A stretch of 56,024 bases of DNA from a virus, in the IMG/VR virus record IMGVR_UViG_3300045988_135919, positions 1 to 56,024 of that record; one strand, written 5' to 3'. The position numbers and the translations under genes are program-made. Each line of letters begins with the position of its first letter. Positions within the stretch are counted from its first letter, which is position 1. The notes beneath the pieces were generated by a model, which searched no databases, had not been told where the DNA came from, and saw only the letters and a list, made by a program, of their open reading frames with translations. Positions 26,615 through 35,455 of the stretch are shown here, in pieces.

Positions 26615-27091
26615 TTATTCACCAGTTGGCTTTGCAGCTTTAACTGGAGCACCTACTGGAGTGATGTAGTTAGTGATTTCTAAAACAGAGTTAACAGCTG
26701 TTTCAGGTAATCCCATTGAACTAGGGTTTCCAGGGAAATAGAAAGCGTTTGTTAATCCTGGAACTACTATGCAGAACCAAGTTTTCTTTCCCTCTACTTT
26801 ACCTGCTTGGTATGCAGTCATTAATGCTTCCCATTTAGTAACTAAATCTTCTGTTAAGTTAAATGTAAACTCTAATGCTCCACCTAAATCTTTAAGACCG
26901 TCTACATAAGTTTTATACTCTAATTCGTCAAGAGTAGTTGTTTCAAGTGTATCTGGAGATGGGTTTAAACTAGGTGTTGACTTGATACCATAAATTCTTG
27001 TATATCCAGTTGTAGGTCTTGTTCCTTTTGTAGTTTCAACACAGTAATGTAATTGCACACCAAGTGTTGATAAATCTATTCTACTATCCAT
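26615..27091 (-). CDS. Major tail protein
   Basis: 158 aa from ATG 27091 (GGAGG 7 nt upstream). Position and size are typical for a siphovirus tube protein. Confidence 0.7.
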   Translation of the reverse strand: MDSRIDLSTLGVQLHYCVETTKGTRPTTGYTRIYGIKSTPSLNPSPDTLETTTLDELEYKTYVDGLKDLGGALEFTFNLTEDLVTKWEALMTAYQAGKVEGKKTWFCIVVPGLTNAFYFPGNPSSMGLPETAVNSVLEITNYITPVGAPVKAAKPTGE

Positions 27092-27092
27092 T

Positions 27093-27524
27093 TTAATACC
27101 TCCTATAAATTGTATGCGTGTCTTGTTCAAGACAACAATCATATCTCAAATAACCAACCATAATGTTCTCATCGCTTCTGAGTGGTACAATAACAGGTGT
27201 ACCAATACGGTGAAGACATCTATACCTAGTTCCTTTAAGATATGTATCTAATATTTCTGCTATTGCTCTTACATTTTGAATAGCAGTTTTTTCAAGAGAT
27301 TGTTCTGAGTATATAGCGAATTGATACCCCAAATTTGTTATTCTTTCTGTTTCATCAAAATATCTTGAATTATCCTCGTTTTCAATCTCCTCGATAGTAA
27401 TCATGGGATATGTTATATTTGGATAAACTTCATATGCTTCTTTAACAATCATACTTGAATATTTTTCATTCGTTGTGAATAATTCCGATATGTCTGTTTT
27501 CAATTGCTCAATTAAACCGTGCAT
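27093..27524 (-). CDS. Tail-completion / neck protein (by position)
   Basis: 143 aa from ATG 27524 (GGAGGT RBS). Confidence 0.4.
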   Translation of the reverse strand: MHGLIEQLKTDISELFTTNEKYSSMIVKEAYEVYPNITYPMITIEEIENEDNSRYFDETERITNLGYQFAIYSEQSLEKTAIQNVRAIAEILDTYLKGTRYRCLHRIGTPVIVPLRSDENIMVGYLRYDCCLEQDTHTIYRRY

Positions 27525-27537
27525 AATAACACCTCCA

Positions 27538-28083
27538 TTATTTGTTAATAGTACGGATAGCATTATTTAATTCTGTTTTAATGACATCATCTTTTCGTGC
27601 TTTGATTTCTTTAGCAGCGTTATATATTTGCTTTCCAGCCGGTATACCATACGTTTTACCACTTTGGTCATAGTTCCCTATACCAGCGTTTGGTTGATAT
27701 ATCCAATAATGTTTTCCAGTGTAATCGATATGTGTACTAACATATGGTCCGCTATTATATGGATTTAAAGGTCGACTGCTTGTATCGTGCATTGGATGCG
27801 GAGATGCTAAACCTTCTTCACCAGTACCAAATTCATCGTAAACAGCATTTGGTCCAGTTAATGCCACATATCCTTTAGTTCCATTTTCAACAACACGACC
27901 AATGACTTGACTTTTTTCAGCACCGGATTGAATCGCCATGGCATTTATTGTGTTTGCTTCTGTTACACCAATGTTTACTAAATTTTGTATAATATCAGTA
28001 TTTGCTACTTTAATATTATCTTTCAAAAATTCTAACTTTTGAATAGCGTCTTTAATACCTTGCTTGGAAAGTTTGACTATCAT
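27538..28083 (-). CDS. Head-tail joining protein (by position)
   Basis: 181 aa. Neck-module synteny only. Confidence 0.4.
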   Translation of the reverse strand: MIVKLSKQGIKDAIQKLEFLKDNIKVANTDIIQNLVNIGVTEANTINAMAIQSGAEKSQVIGRVVENGTKGYVALTGPNAVYDEFGTGEEGLASPHPMHDTSSRPLNPYNSGPYVSTHIDYTGKHYWIYQPNAGIGNYDQSGKTYGIPAGKQIYNAAKEIKARKDDVIKTELNNAIRTINK

Positions 28084-28439
28084 TTCTTACCACTCAATTT
28101 CTTGAGATTTATCTCAATACTATTTAAAGATATGATTGGATCACTATCCACTTCATAGTTAGCATCTTTACACAATTCATCAAATGGAACACTTGGTGAT
28201 ATTCCAATATATACTCTATCATTAGCATGAAACATTGGTAAATCTTTAATATCAGCCTTTATTCTTATGTACATTGGAAAATCCAATCCCAATGCAATCA
28301 AATCACCATCGCTATTTGTATATTGATAGTTTTCCATAAGAGGTATAGGTTTTTTATATTTAGCGATTAAACCGTCTTGATAACGATTACAAATATATAT
28401 TTTTCGTTTATTTCTCATCAATGAACGCATATTCATCAC
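28080..28439 (-). CDS. Head-closure / neck protein (by position)
   Basis: 119 aa. ATGA overlap with the downstream gene. Confidence 0.4.
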   Translation of the reverse strand: MMNMRSLMRNKRKIYICNRYQDGLIAKYKKPIPLMENYQYTNSDGDLIALGLDFPMYIRIKADIKDLPMFHANDRVYIGISPSVPFDELCKDANYEVDSDPIISLNSIEINLKKLSGKK

Positions 28440-28784
28440 CTACTTTATAAGTGGTATTATTTGGGATAATAATTCTTTTGGATAATCTCCGGCAGAACTA
28501 TAATATCTTGTTATTCCATTTTCAGAATGTGAGTTTTGACCTTCTGCACCGATTTTAGCAATAGATGACACACACATCGGAATTATTAAATACTCATACT
28601 TACTATCGTATAATTTGGATTCGGTTTGTGTGAAATTACGGCATCTATTAATAGCACCTATAGCTTGATTTACTTCTAGTTTTAAAAAACCATCAGACAT
28701 ATTTGTCATATCAAAATTTCTAGCAACTAGGACATCTTTTAGATTTGTAACTAAATCTTGTATTTGTTTATCCACACAAATCAC
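28440..28784 (-). CDS. Head-tail connector (gp6-like, by position and size)
   Basis: 114 aa. First neck-module gene after the capsid genes. Confidence 0.45.
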   Translation of the reverse strand: MICVDKQIQDLVTNLKDVLVARNFDMTNMSDGFLKLEVNQAIGAINRCRNFTQTESKLYDSKYEYLIIPMCVSSIAKIGAEGQNSHSENGITRYYSSAGDYPKELLSQIIPLIK

Positions 28785-28792
28785 ATCCTTTT

Positions 28793-29017
28793 CTATTTAT
28801 AACTTTTATTATTCTTTTTGTTATTGTTTTGTAATTTATTTTTAATACTTTCAGTGGATACTGACTTAACTGAATTTTCGTTATTTATTTCAGTATTAAA
28901 TCCACTCGCTTCGATGGTCAATTCACCATCGTTTAAACTAACCTTTATCTCACGGTACACAGAAGGGTATAATTTTATATAGTATTTGTTTTTATACTCA
29001 TAAATCATATTATTCAA
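28793..29017 (-). CDS. Hypothetical small protein
   Basis: 74 aa. Asn/Lys-rich tail. Confidence 0.45.
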   Translation of the reverse strand: MNNMIYEYKNKYYIKLYPSVYREIKVSLNDGELTIEASGFNTEINNENSVKSVSTESIKNKLQNNNKKNNKSYK

Positions 29018-29219
29018 CTTCTTTCTTATCGCTACTCATATCTGGTAGTTTAATTTTCATACCTTCATTCTTTGGTTTTTCAATTTTAGGTTTATCAACC
29101 TTTTTTGGTTTCTCTTCAACCATGTCAACAATGATTTGATAACCTAGGGGCTTGAAAAAACTTTCATATGCCCCTTTAGTTACCACTTTTGTTTCGTTGT
29201 TTTTATGTATTCTAATCAT
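29010..29219 (-). CDS. Hypothetical small Lys/Pro-rich protein
   Basis: 69 aa. TAATG-type junction with the capsid gene. Confidence 0.45.
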   Translation of the reverse strand: MIRIHKNNETKVVTKGAYESFFKPLGYQIIVDMVEEKPKKVDKPKIEKPKNEGMKIKLPDMSSDKKEVE

Positions 29220-30256
29220 TAGGCTGCAGTTGCGGTGTCAACGATAACGATTTCGTTGGCTCTTTCAAATGAAGGTAATGCGTACATAGATACTTTAGTT
29301 TCAACGTTAACAGGATCTTCTGTTCCATAAGTTGTTACAGCAATACCATTGTCAACGATAGATACTTTAGCAGTGCCTAATGAAACTAAATCACTTTCTT
29401 CTGGTGTAACACCAAAATGAGTATTACCTAAAGCTCCATCTGGCATTAATACTAATGTGTTATCTGGTACATATTTAACCGCTTCTCCACTTTCATTTAC
29501 ACGAACATTATCGTATACATAAATTGATATACCAGTTTCATTGTAGATATAGTCTAATGCTCTATCCGTAGTTATATTTACAGTACCATTAGCAAATACA
29601 TAGATTGCATTTTTAAGGGCTGTGTTTGTTCTAAAGTTTTTAGCAACACTTGAGTTACATACCGCTCTAGTGATTGTTACACCTTTTGCTCTCATATTTT
29701 CAACAAACTTTGTAATGTCTCCAATAATATCAGCACTTGGATCTGACCATACTGTAGTAACGTCTACTTTTTGGTCTGCTGGAACACCATAATCATAAGA
29801 ATATGCTTGACCGTTACTAGCCATAGTTATTGTACCAGTAGTTAAAGCCTCCATTCTCATTTGTTCAAGAGTTACTCGTGCGGCTTTAATTAAGTTAATT
29901 TCATCATCAAATATTCTTGTTAAAATTTGATTAACAAGTTGTTCGTTATTTGTTTGAATCAATATGCTTAGTTTTTGTCTTAATTCTTCATCAATGTACA
30001 TACTTTCTTTGAAGAATGGCATTATGGTTTCGTAAGACTCGAAACCTTGTCTATCTCTACGGATAGCCTTAGTGTCATAAGCAGCAAGTCTTAAACCAAC
30101 AGGTTGGTTTTTAGCACCTTTAATCCATTCTAGTTTGATACCAATTTCCTTTACAGCAGGGAATAAAGTTTCACCTAGTAATGGTTGCTCATTAACATTT
30201 TTTTCAATCCAATATTCTGCTACATTCTTAGCAGTTACTAAATCAAATATACTCAT
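29219..30256 (-). CDS. Major capsid protein (capsid protein E-like)
   Basis: 345 aa. The N-terminus MSIFDLVTAKNVAEYW...LLGETLFP fits the phage capsid-E family pattern. Sits after scaffold and decoration genes. Confidence 0.85.
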   Translation of the reverse strand: MSIFDLVTAKNVAEYWIEKNVNEQPLLGETLFPAVKEIGIKLEWIKGAKNQPVGLRLAAYDTKAIRRDRQGFESYETIMPFFKESMYIDEELRQKLSILIQTNNEQLVNQILTRIFDDEINLIKAARVTLEQMRMEALTTGTITMASNGQAYSYDYGVPADQKVDVTTVWSDPSADIIGDITKFVENMRAKGVTITRAVCNSSVAKNFRTNTALKNAIYVFANGTVNITTDRALDYIYNETGISIYVYDNVRVNESGEAVKYVPDNTLVLMPDGALGNTHFGVTPEESDLVSLGTAKVSIVDNGIAVTTYGTEDPVNVETKVSMYALPSFERANEIVIVDTATAA

Positions 30257-30639
30257 TAATAAGCACTTCCTTTCACGAATATAATTCTGTCTACACCTTC
30301 TACACTAGCAAGAATAGTTTGAATACTAGAATCTAGTTTTAGTAAATCAATACATCCAGCTAAAACAAGTGTACCATTTCCTTTTCCGTCTGAATCTAAT
30401 ACAACATCGTGTAGTAATATACCATTAGCGGCATATTTGTGAGATGTACCATCTTCTGTAGATTTAACAAAAGCAGTATCTCTAGCAGTAATATCACCTT
30501 TTAAAGGTTGTCCAGCAAGTAAAGTACTATTTGCTGTTCCAGATAAAACTACTGGTAATGCAATGTAATATGATTCTTGACCGATTAAAATTTGTTTTTG
30601 ATTTTTACTGTAATCAGTAGATTTAATCATGTTTGCCAT
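30256..30639 (-). CDS. Putative head decoration protein
   Basis: 127 aa, beta-rich. Lies between the scaffold and major capsid genes. Confidence 0.45.
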   Translation of the reverse strand: MANMIKSTDYSKNQKQILIGQESYYIALPVVLSGTANSTLLAGQPLKGDITARDTAFVKSTEDGTSHKYAANGILLHDVVLDSDGKGNGTLVLAGCIDLLKLDSSIQTILASVEGVDRIIFVKGSAY

Positions 30640-30658
30640 GTTTTAACTTCCTTTCTTA

Positions 30659-31288
30659 TTATGATCTTTTAAAATAATCAACATTAGTTTTATTCGTAAC
30701 TCCTGGGGAACTCTTAGCTAACTTAGTACCTAAACTTTCAGGTTCTTTTTTAGCACCGCCGTTACCGCTAAACTTTCCTTTTCCAAACTCACCCATTGCG
30801 TCTTTTGTTGCATCTTTCTTACCTTTTTCGTAAGCATCGTTTACATACTTTGCGATATAAGAACTGATAGTAGAAGTTTTATCTCTATCTTCGGATACAA
30901 TATTTCCTAAGAAACCATTATAATCTTTATCATCATCTTTGATGTCTAATAGAGTTTTAGCATTTGCTAATGTACTTCTTGCCAAATCACCGTTACTACT
31001 GATTGAATTATCTTTTAGTAGTTTTTGTAATCTTGCAATTTCAGTATCCTTTGCCAACGCATCGGCTTGTTTCTTTTCGTCCTCAGTTAGTTTAGAATTA
31101 ATTTGTTCTCTTTGTTGACTAATTGTCGAATTTAATGTTTGAATTTCTCTGTCATATTTATTTTTATCTACATATTGACCTGTAGATAGGTCAGCGAATG
31201 ATTTGCCAGCAAAGAAATTATTTACTTCTTCTGCTGTAATTCCATCGTGATATGATTCGCCCATCATACCTTTTAAATTCTCGAACAT
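30659..31288 (-). CDS. Capsid scaffolding protein
   Basis: 209 aa. Helical and charged (QREQINSKLTEDEKKQADALAKD). Lies between the portal and capsid genes. Confidence 0.6.
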   Translation of the reverse strand: MFENLKGMMGESYHDGITAEEVNNFFAGKSFADLSTGQYVDKNKYDREIQTLNSTISQQREQINSKLTEDEKKQADALAKDTEIARLQKLLKDNSISSNGDLARSTLANAKTLLDIKDDDKDYNGFLGNIVSEDRDKTSTISSYIAKYVNDAYEKGKKDATKDAMGEFGKGKFSGNGGAKKEPESLGTKLAKSSPGVTNKTNVDYFKRS

Positions 31289-31443
31289 TTACGTTCCTCC
31301 TTTATAGTGTTTTTAACATCTTCTCTGATGTATATAAGTGGCAATCTTATAAGCCCTCTACCACTTGAGGGAATTTATAAAAACATACCTTTTAACGATA
31401 ATTCGTTTTTAATAGTCGTTCATAAGAACTCTAAGGGTTGTAA

Positions 31444-32946
31444 TTATTGATTTTCATCAGTTGTGCTAGTTGTTTGTGTTTCGGTTGTTGTAGTTGTTTC
31501 GGTAGCGGTTGTATCTGTATTTTGACTAGCAGTTATCATGTTGTTAATTGCTTCTTGTTGTCTTTCAGCTTTAGCTTCTTTACCTCTTTCAACAACTTCT
31601 GTAGCACGATTTGTAAGTCCTGACATTTCTAAGCAATCTATTGTTGCAAGTTCTCCAGTAGCAACTAATGTGCTAAATGCGGTAGTTCTTGCTGATAAAT
31701 TATCCATTCTATGTCTATCTATATTTATATCTATATCAGTTACCATTAAACTATCGGAAACTAAGTTTAGTTTCTTTAAAATAGCAATAGCCACTTGTAA
31801 TTGTCTTTTCTTTGCTTTCTTAATTGCAAGTTCTTTAAGTTTTGCAACAATTTCAATATCAGTCCAACCGTTTCTATTAAGAACCGCTGTTCCAGTATCT
31901 CCACCAGTGCTTGTACTATCCCTATCCGGAATACCTGTGATAATGTTTCTAGCATCTTTTAAATATTCTCTTATATTTTCCGTGCTAACACTATCTAACG
32001 CCGGTGATATGAATTTAGCATCGACATTACCACCACTAGCATTTGCTAATGTCAATAATCTATTTTTCTTAACGTCTGTTAATGTTGTGTCGTCATCATC
32101 TTCAAATTGAGCACCCAATATTACAAGCAAACTTCTAATAGTACCTTCGATATCGTTTATACTATCACTAGCAACTACATTTTCAGCATTCATTACAGAT
32201 ATTGCTTGTTCCCAATCTCCTGTTAAAAATAACGAATTTTCTTCCATTGTAATAGGATCGTATCCTACAGGATTTGAACTTGTTTCCACTGTTTCTAAGT
32301 CAGTAACAACAAATTTATATTTATCGGTATAGCATGTATAAATTGTATTATCTTCTGTTTCTATATAATGACATGATAATATTTGCGGATTCATCATACT
32401 TGAACTTTGCACAACAAATGTGTATCGTGGATCCAATGTATCTGCAACAATTGGAACATCCGGCGTATTATCCTTTGTGATTTCTGTACTAGGTAATGTT
32501 ATGTAGTAGCCAAGACCACAAATAGAAGCATAAGTCGCAGTGTTTGTATCGGTCATATACATTTCTTCATAATTATACAATTTATTAACTGTGTCAACAT
32601 CTGTTCTAACAGCACCCGTTATTGGTGTTAATTCAATTGGATTACCAAGTGTGTATCCAACAATCTCTCTCGTAATTGGAAACGCATGGTTTACAACTAT
32701 TTTATTATTAACATTTGACGTTTCGCTTTCCGCTCTATTTAAAATATCTTGTTCACCTAGAAAATAATTAATTAAATATTCACAGTCAGATTTGTTTGAC
32801 TCATGAAGTTCAAGAGCCTTTTCTAATACCTCTAAAATATTTTCTGATGTAACTTCATCGTAATCTAAGATTATTCTTTGTCTACCATAATTGATTGAGG
32901 TAGAAGATGATGTACTAGTAGTAGAATTATTCAAACTTGCCACCAA
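31444..32946 (-). CDS. Portal protein
   Basis: 500 aa, directly downstream of terL/Com. Thr-rich C-terminal tail. Non-ATG start: TTG 32946, GTG 32943 or TTG 32934 cannot be resolved. Confidence 0.85.
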   Translation of the reverse strand: MVASLNNSTTSTSSSTSINYGRQRIILDYDEVTSENILEVLEKALELHESNKSDCEYLINYFLGEQDILNRAESETSNVNNKIVVNHAFPITREIVGYTLGNPIELTPITGAVRTDVDTVNKLYNYEEMYMTDTNTATYASICGLGYYITLPSTEITKDNTPDVPIVADTLDPRYTFVVQSSSMMNPQILSCHYIETEDNTIYTCYTDKYKFVVTDLETVETSSNPVGYDPITMEENSLFLTGDWEQAISVMNAENVVASDSINDIEGTIRSLLVILGAQFEDDDDTTLTDVKKNRLLTLANASGGNVDAKFISPALDSVSTENIREYLKDARNIITGIPDRDSTSTGGDTGTAVLNRNGWTDIEIVAKLKELAIKKAKKRQLQVAIAILKKLNLVSDSLMVTDIDINIDRHRMDNLSARTTAFSTLVATGELATIDCLEMSGLTNRATEVVERGKEAKAERQQEAINNMITASQNTDTTATETTTTTETQTTSTTDENQ

Positions 32947-32957
32947 CCTTCCGATTT

Positions 32958-32997
32958 AATAAAAAATAAAGAGCCTATGTAAAAATTACATTGGCTC
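32958..32997 (-). terminator. Stable hairpin + T-run between the Com-like gene and portal (attenuator or Com target candidate)
   Basis: Minus strand reads GAGCCaATGTA-attttt-TACATaGGCTC (one mismatch), then TTTATTTTTTATT. It ends about 12 nt before the portal start. Confidence 0.55.
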
Positions 32998-33183
32998 ATG
33001 GCTCTCTTTATTAAATTCAATTTCTTTTTTGCAGTTTTTACACCACAAATATATCTTTTTATATTCGCTGGTTTTGTCCACTCGAAACATTTTTTTATTA
33101 CAATGTGGACATACCATATATACTTTTTCATCTTGTATTATATCATATTTTTGTTCGTTTGTCAAATTATCAACCCCCATCAA
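32986..33183 (-). CDS. Mu Com-like zinc-ribbon protein
   Basis: 65 aa. CPHCNKKMF...(17)...WCKNCKKEIEF, a CxxC...CxxC spacing like the Com translational regulator family. Confidence 0.55.
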   Translation of the reverse strand: MMGVDNLTNEQKYDIIQDEKVYMVCPHCNKKMFRVDKTSEYKKIYLWCKNCKKEIEFNKESHEPM

Positions 33184-34925
33184 AAACCTAGTTTCGTTAT
33201 TGAGAACTTACTACTTGCCACACCAACGCCTCCTGGGGATAAAATATTGATTATCATAGAAGCAACACTATCAATACAATCATCCTTTTGAGTTTTCTGA
33301 ACACTACCTTCTGCTTCCGACCATTCGTAAATGTGCCTCATAAACAAATTGTATTGTGTGTTATTTTCACGGCATGATTCGGCTTTAAAATAGATTCTAA
33401 CAGTCATTTCGTTAATCGCAATACCTTTTATCTCACTTTGACAAGAAAGTATCCTATCACGCTTAGATTTAGTTGTAGGAGCATTATGCGTTGTAATATT
33501 TATTCTATAATTGAGTTTTCTAGCGTCATTTGATAAAAGTTCGCCATATTCTAACCCACCGTTGTTTTTTTCAATACCAAGTTTTGTTACCTTATGCTTG
33601 ATTAATTTTTCTAACAATCTTTTTCTCGATATATCTATATCAACATTATTTTCGTAATAAACATCTTCTATATAAATATCGTTTCCATATTGATACCCAA
33701 TAGGTGTTGAAAAATAATCTTTGCCACCAAATGACGGATCTGCAAATGCAATAATCCTATCGGGCTCTTGCTCTGGTAAATCAGTATAAAATGATAAATG
33801 GTCCTTGGTGAAAGGATGTCCTGTTCTCTCCATTGGCTCTCCCAAATATTTAGCACGAAATGTTATAGGATCTTCTGTTTTTTGAAGTTCTTGATAATAT
33901 TCTTTCGTAAATCCCTTACCATAATCATACAAAAAGTTTGATTCCCCTTTTTCATCATAACAAGGTATGTTTATAATTCTAACACGAGGATTATGCGTAC
34001 CATCGTATATTCTAATTAATCTACCGATAGGATCATTTATTGACCATCTTGTTGCAATGTGTATCTCTGGGCAACGATGATATTCTCCATCTTTTCCTTT
34101 ACGCATTACAGTTCTATCCTGAATTGTACTTGTATATGTTGCAAATAATTTGTCAAGCCTAGCTGGATTTTCGGCAGTTTCAATATCTTTGATTAAGTCA
34201 TCACAATAAAGTATATTACTTGCCTCTGCAATACCAGTTGTACCACCATCGATACTTTTGAACATTAGTGTATGAAAACGTTTATCCGTATTCAAATCTA
34301 TCCATGAATATTCCGCAGATTTATTCTTTATATTAATATTTGGAAATATTTCACTAAAACGATATTCTTCGCTTGTCATTAAATTCAAAACTTCATTATA
34401 AAATGATTGTGTTAATGCTGTACTATGACCATTACCGAGTATAGAACGGTCTGGATAAAGTGCAGCCATAAAAGATAAAAAGAATATACCTGTGGTACTC
34501 TTCGCAGTACGAGGTGGCATTGACACAAACAAGAAGTCTAATTTACCATCCGCAACATCTTGCATCGCTTGCAATAATCCATGTTTCTCGAGTATTTTTC
34601 TACGAGGTAAGAAGAATTGTTTTTCGATAGGTCTATTCCATTCCAAAGCGATACAATATGCCCTAAAGTCACCACACCTAGCCCTAGTATCATAACTAGC
34701 AAGTAAATATTCTTGTTCTTTATTATAACCAAGTTTGCTATTGAGTACAAAACTTTCAATCTCTTTACAAATTTTAATAGCATTTTCTTCTTGCTCGGCA
34801 CTTTCGTAATTAATTCTCATCAAATTTAAAAGGTCTAAATAAGCGGCACTATTCCTGTCTTTTACTTGGGAGTATAAATCTTCTAACTCCTCAATATTTT
34901 TCAATATTCGGTTTTTATTGTTCAT
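33180..34925 (-). CDS. terL: Terminase large subunit
   Basis: 581 aa. Walker A-like MPPRTAKST, Walker B LYCDDLI. C-terminal nuclease region AFADPSFGGKDYF...D. Confidence 0.9.
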   Translation of the reverse strand: MNNKNRILKNIEELEDLYSQVKDRNSAAYLDLLNLMRINYESAEQEENAIKICKEIESFVLNSKLGYNKEQEYLLASYDTRARCGDFRAYCIALEWNRPIEKQFFLPRRKILEKHGLLQAMQDVADGKLDFLFVSMPPRTAKSTTGIFFLSFMAALYPDRSILGNGHSTALTQSFYNEVLNLMTSEEYRFSEIFPNINIKNKSAEYSWIDLNTDKRFHTLMFKSIDGGTTGIAEASNILYCDDLIKDIETAENPARLDKLFATYTSTIQDRTVMRKGKDGEYHRCPEIHIATRWSINDPIGRLIRIYDGTHNPRVRIINIPCYDEKGESNFLYDYGKGFTKEYYQELQKTEDPITFRAKYLGEPMERTGHPFTKDHLSFYTDLPEQEPDRIIAFADPSFGGKDYFSTPIGYQYGNDIYIEDVYYENNVDIDISRKRLLEKLIKHKVTKLGIEKNNGGLEYGELLSNDARKLNYRINITTHNAPTTKSKRDRILSCQSEIKGIAINEMTVRIYFKAESCRENNTQYNLFMRHIYEWSEAEGSVQKTQKDDCIDSVASMIINILSPGGVGVASSKFSITKLGF

Positions 34926-34929
34926 AATA

Positions 34930-35178
34930 TCACCTATTATATTTATACCATTCGTTTCTTAAAATGTGCCTAAGGTTTTCCAATTCCGTATCATCAACGG
35001 CATTTAAAAATTCCCAAATTAAATCACATGTTTTTTCCCTTAATAATCTTCTTGAGTATACATAATATTTATACACATATTTCTCGTTCAAGGTTAATTT
35101 TAAATAATTCTCTTTAATAAAAGAGGAATTATCATAAAAAGAAGAATAGTCATAAAACATAAGTTGTGGGTTAATCAT
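34930..35178 (-). CDS. Hypothetical protein upstream of terL
   Basis: 82 aa from ATG 35178 (GGAG RBS). The longer track ORF runs into promoter 35231-35259. Confidence 0.5.
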   Translation of the reverse strand: MINPQLMFYDYSSFYDNSSFIKENYLKLTLNEKYVYKYYVYSRRLLREKTCDLIWEFLNAVDDTELENLRHILRNEWYKYNR

Positions 35179-35230
35179 AAAAATCAACTCCAATGTTATC
35201 AAAAATATGTTCGTATATCTTTCTAATTGC

Positions 35231-35259
35231 ATTATATTATAAATAAACAGATTTGTCAA
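35231..35259 (-). promoter_or_regulatory. Consensus sigmaA promoter (TTGACA-17-TATAAT) for the terL/structural operon
   Basis: -35 at 35254-59, -10 at 35231-36. Lies immediately after terminator 35261-35288. Confidence 0.75.
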
Positions 35260-35260
35260 T

Positions 35261-35288
35261 TAAAAAAAGCACGGGGTAAACGTGCTTT
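35261..35288 (-). terminator. Rho-independent terminator of the ncRNA-tRNA unit
   Basis: Minus strand reads AGCACG-tttaccc-CGTGCT followed by T7. Confidence 0.75.
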
Positions 35289-35379
35289 GCTTTGTGGAGT
35301 ATATACCACAAAAAACCGATGGAACAGTAGCACTAGGCTACTAAACTCATTATACCATATGGTATAAAAACTGTCAAAT

Positions 35380-35455
35380 TGGAGGTAACGGTGGGATTCG
35401 AACCCACGATAACGGAGTTGCAGTCCGTTTTCTTGAACCACTTGAGTACGTTACC
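35380..35455 (-). tRNA. tRNA-Cys (GCA), CCA encoded
   Basis: GGTAACG/CGTTACC acceptor stem. ACGGA-CTGCAAC-TCCGT anticodon arm. GTGGG-TTCGAAT-CCCAC T arm. U73 discriminator (a CysRS identity element). The D stem is weak. Confidence 0.85.
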
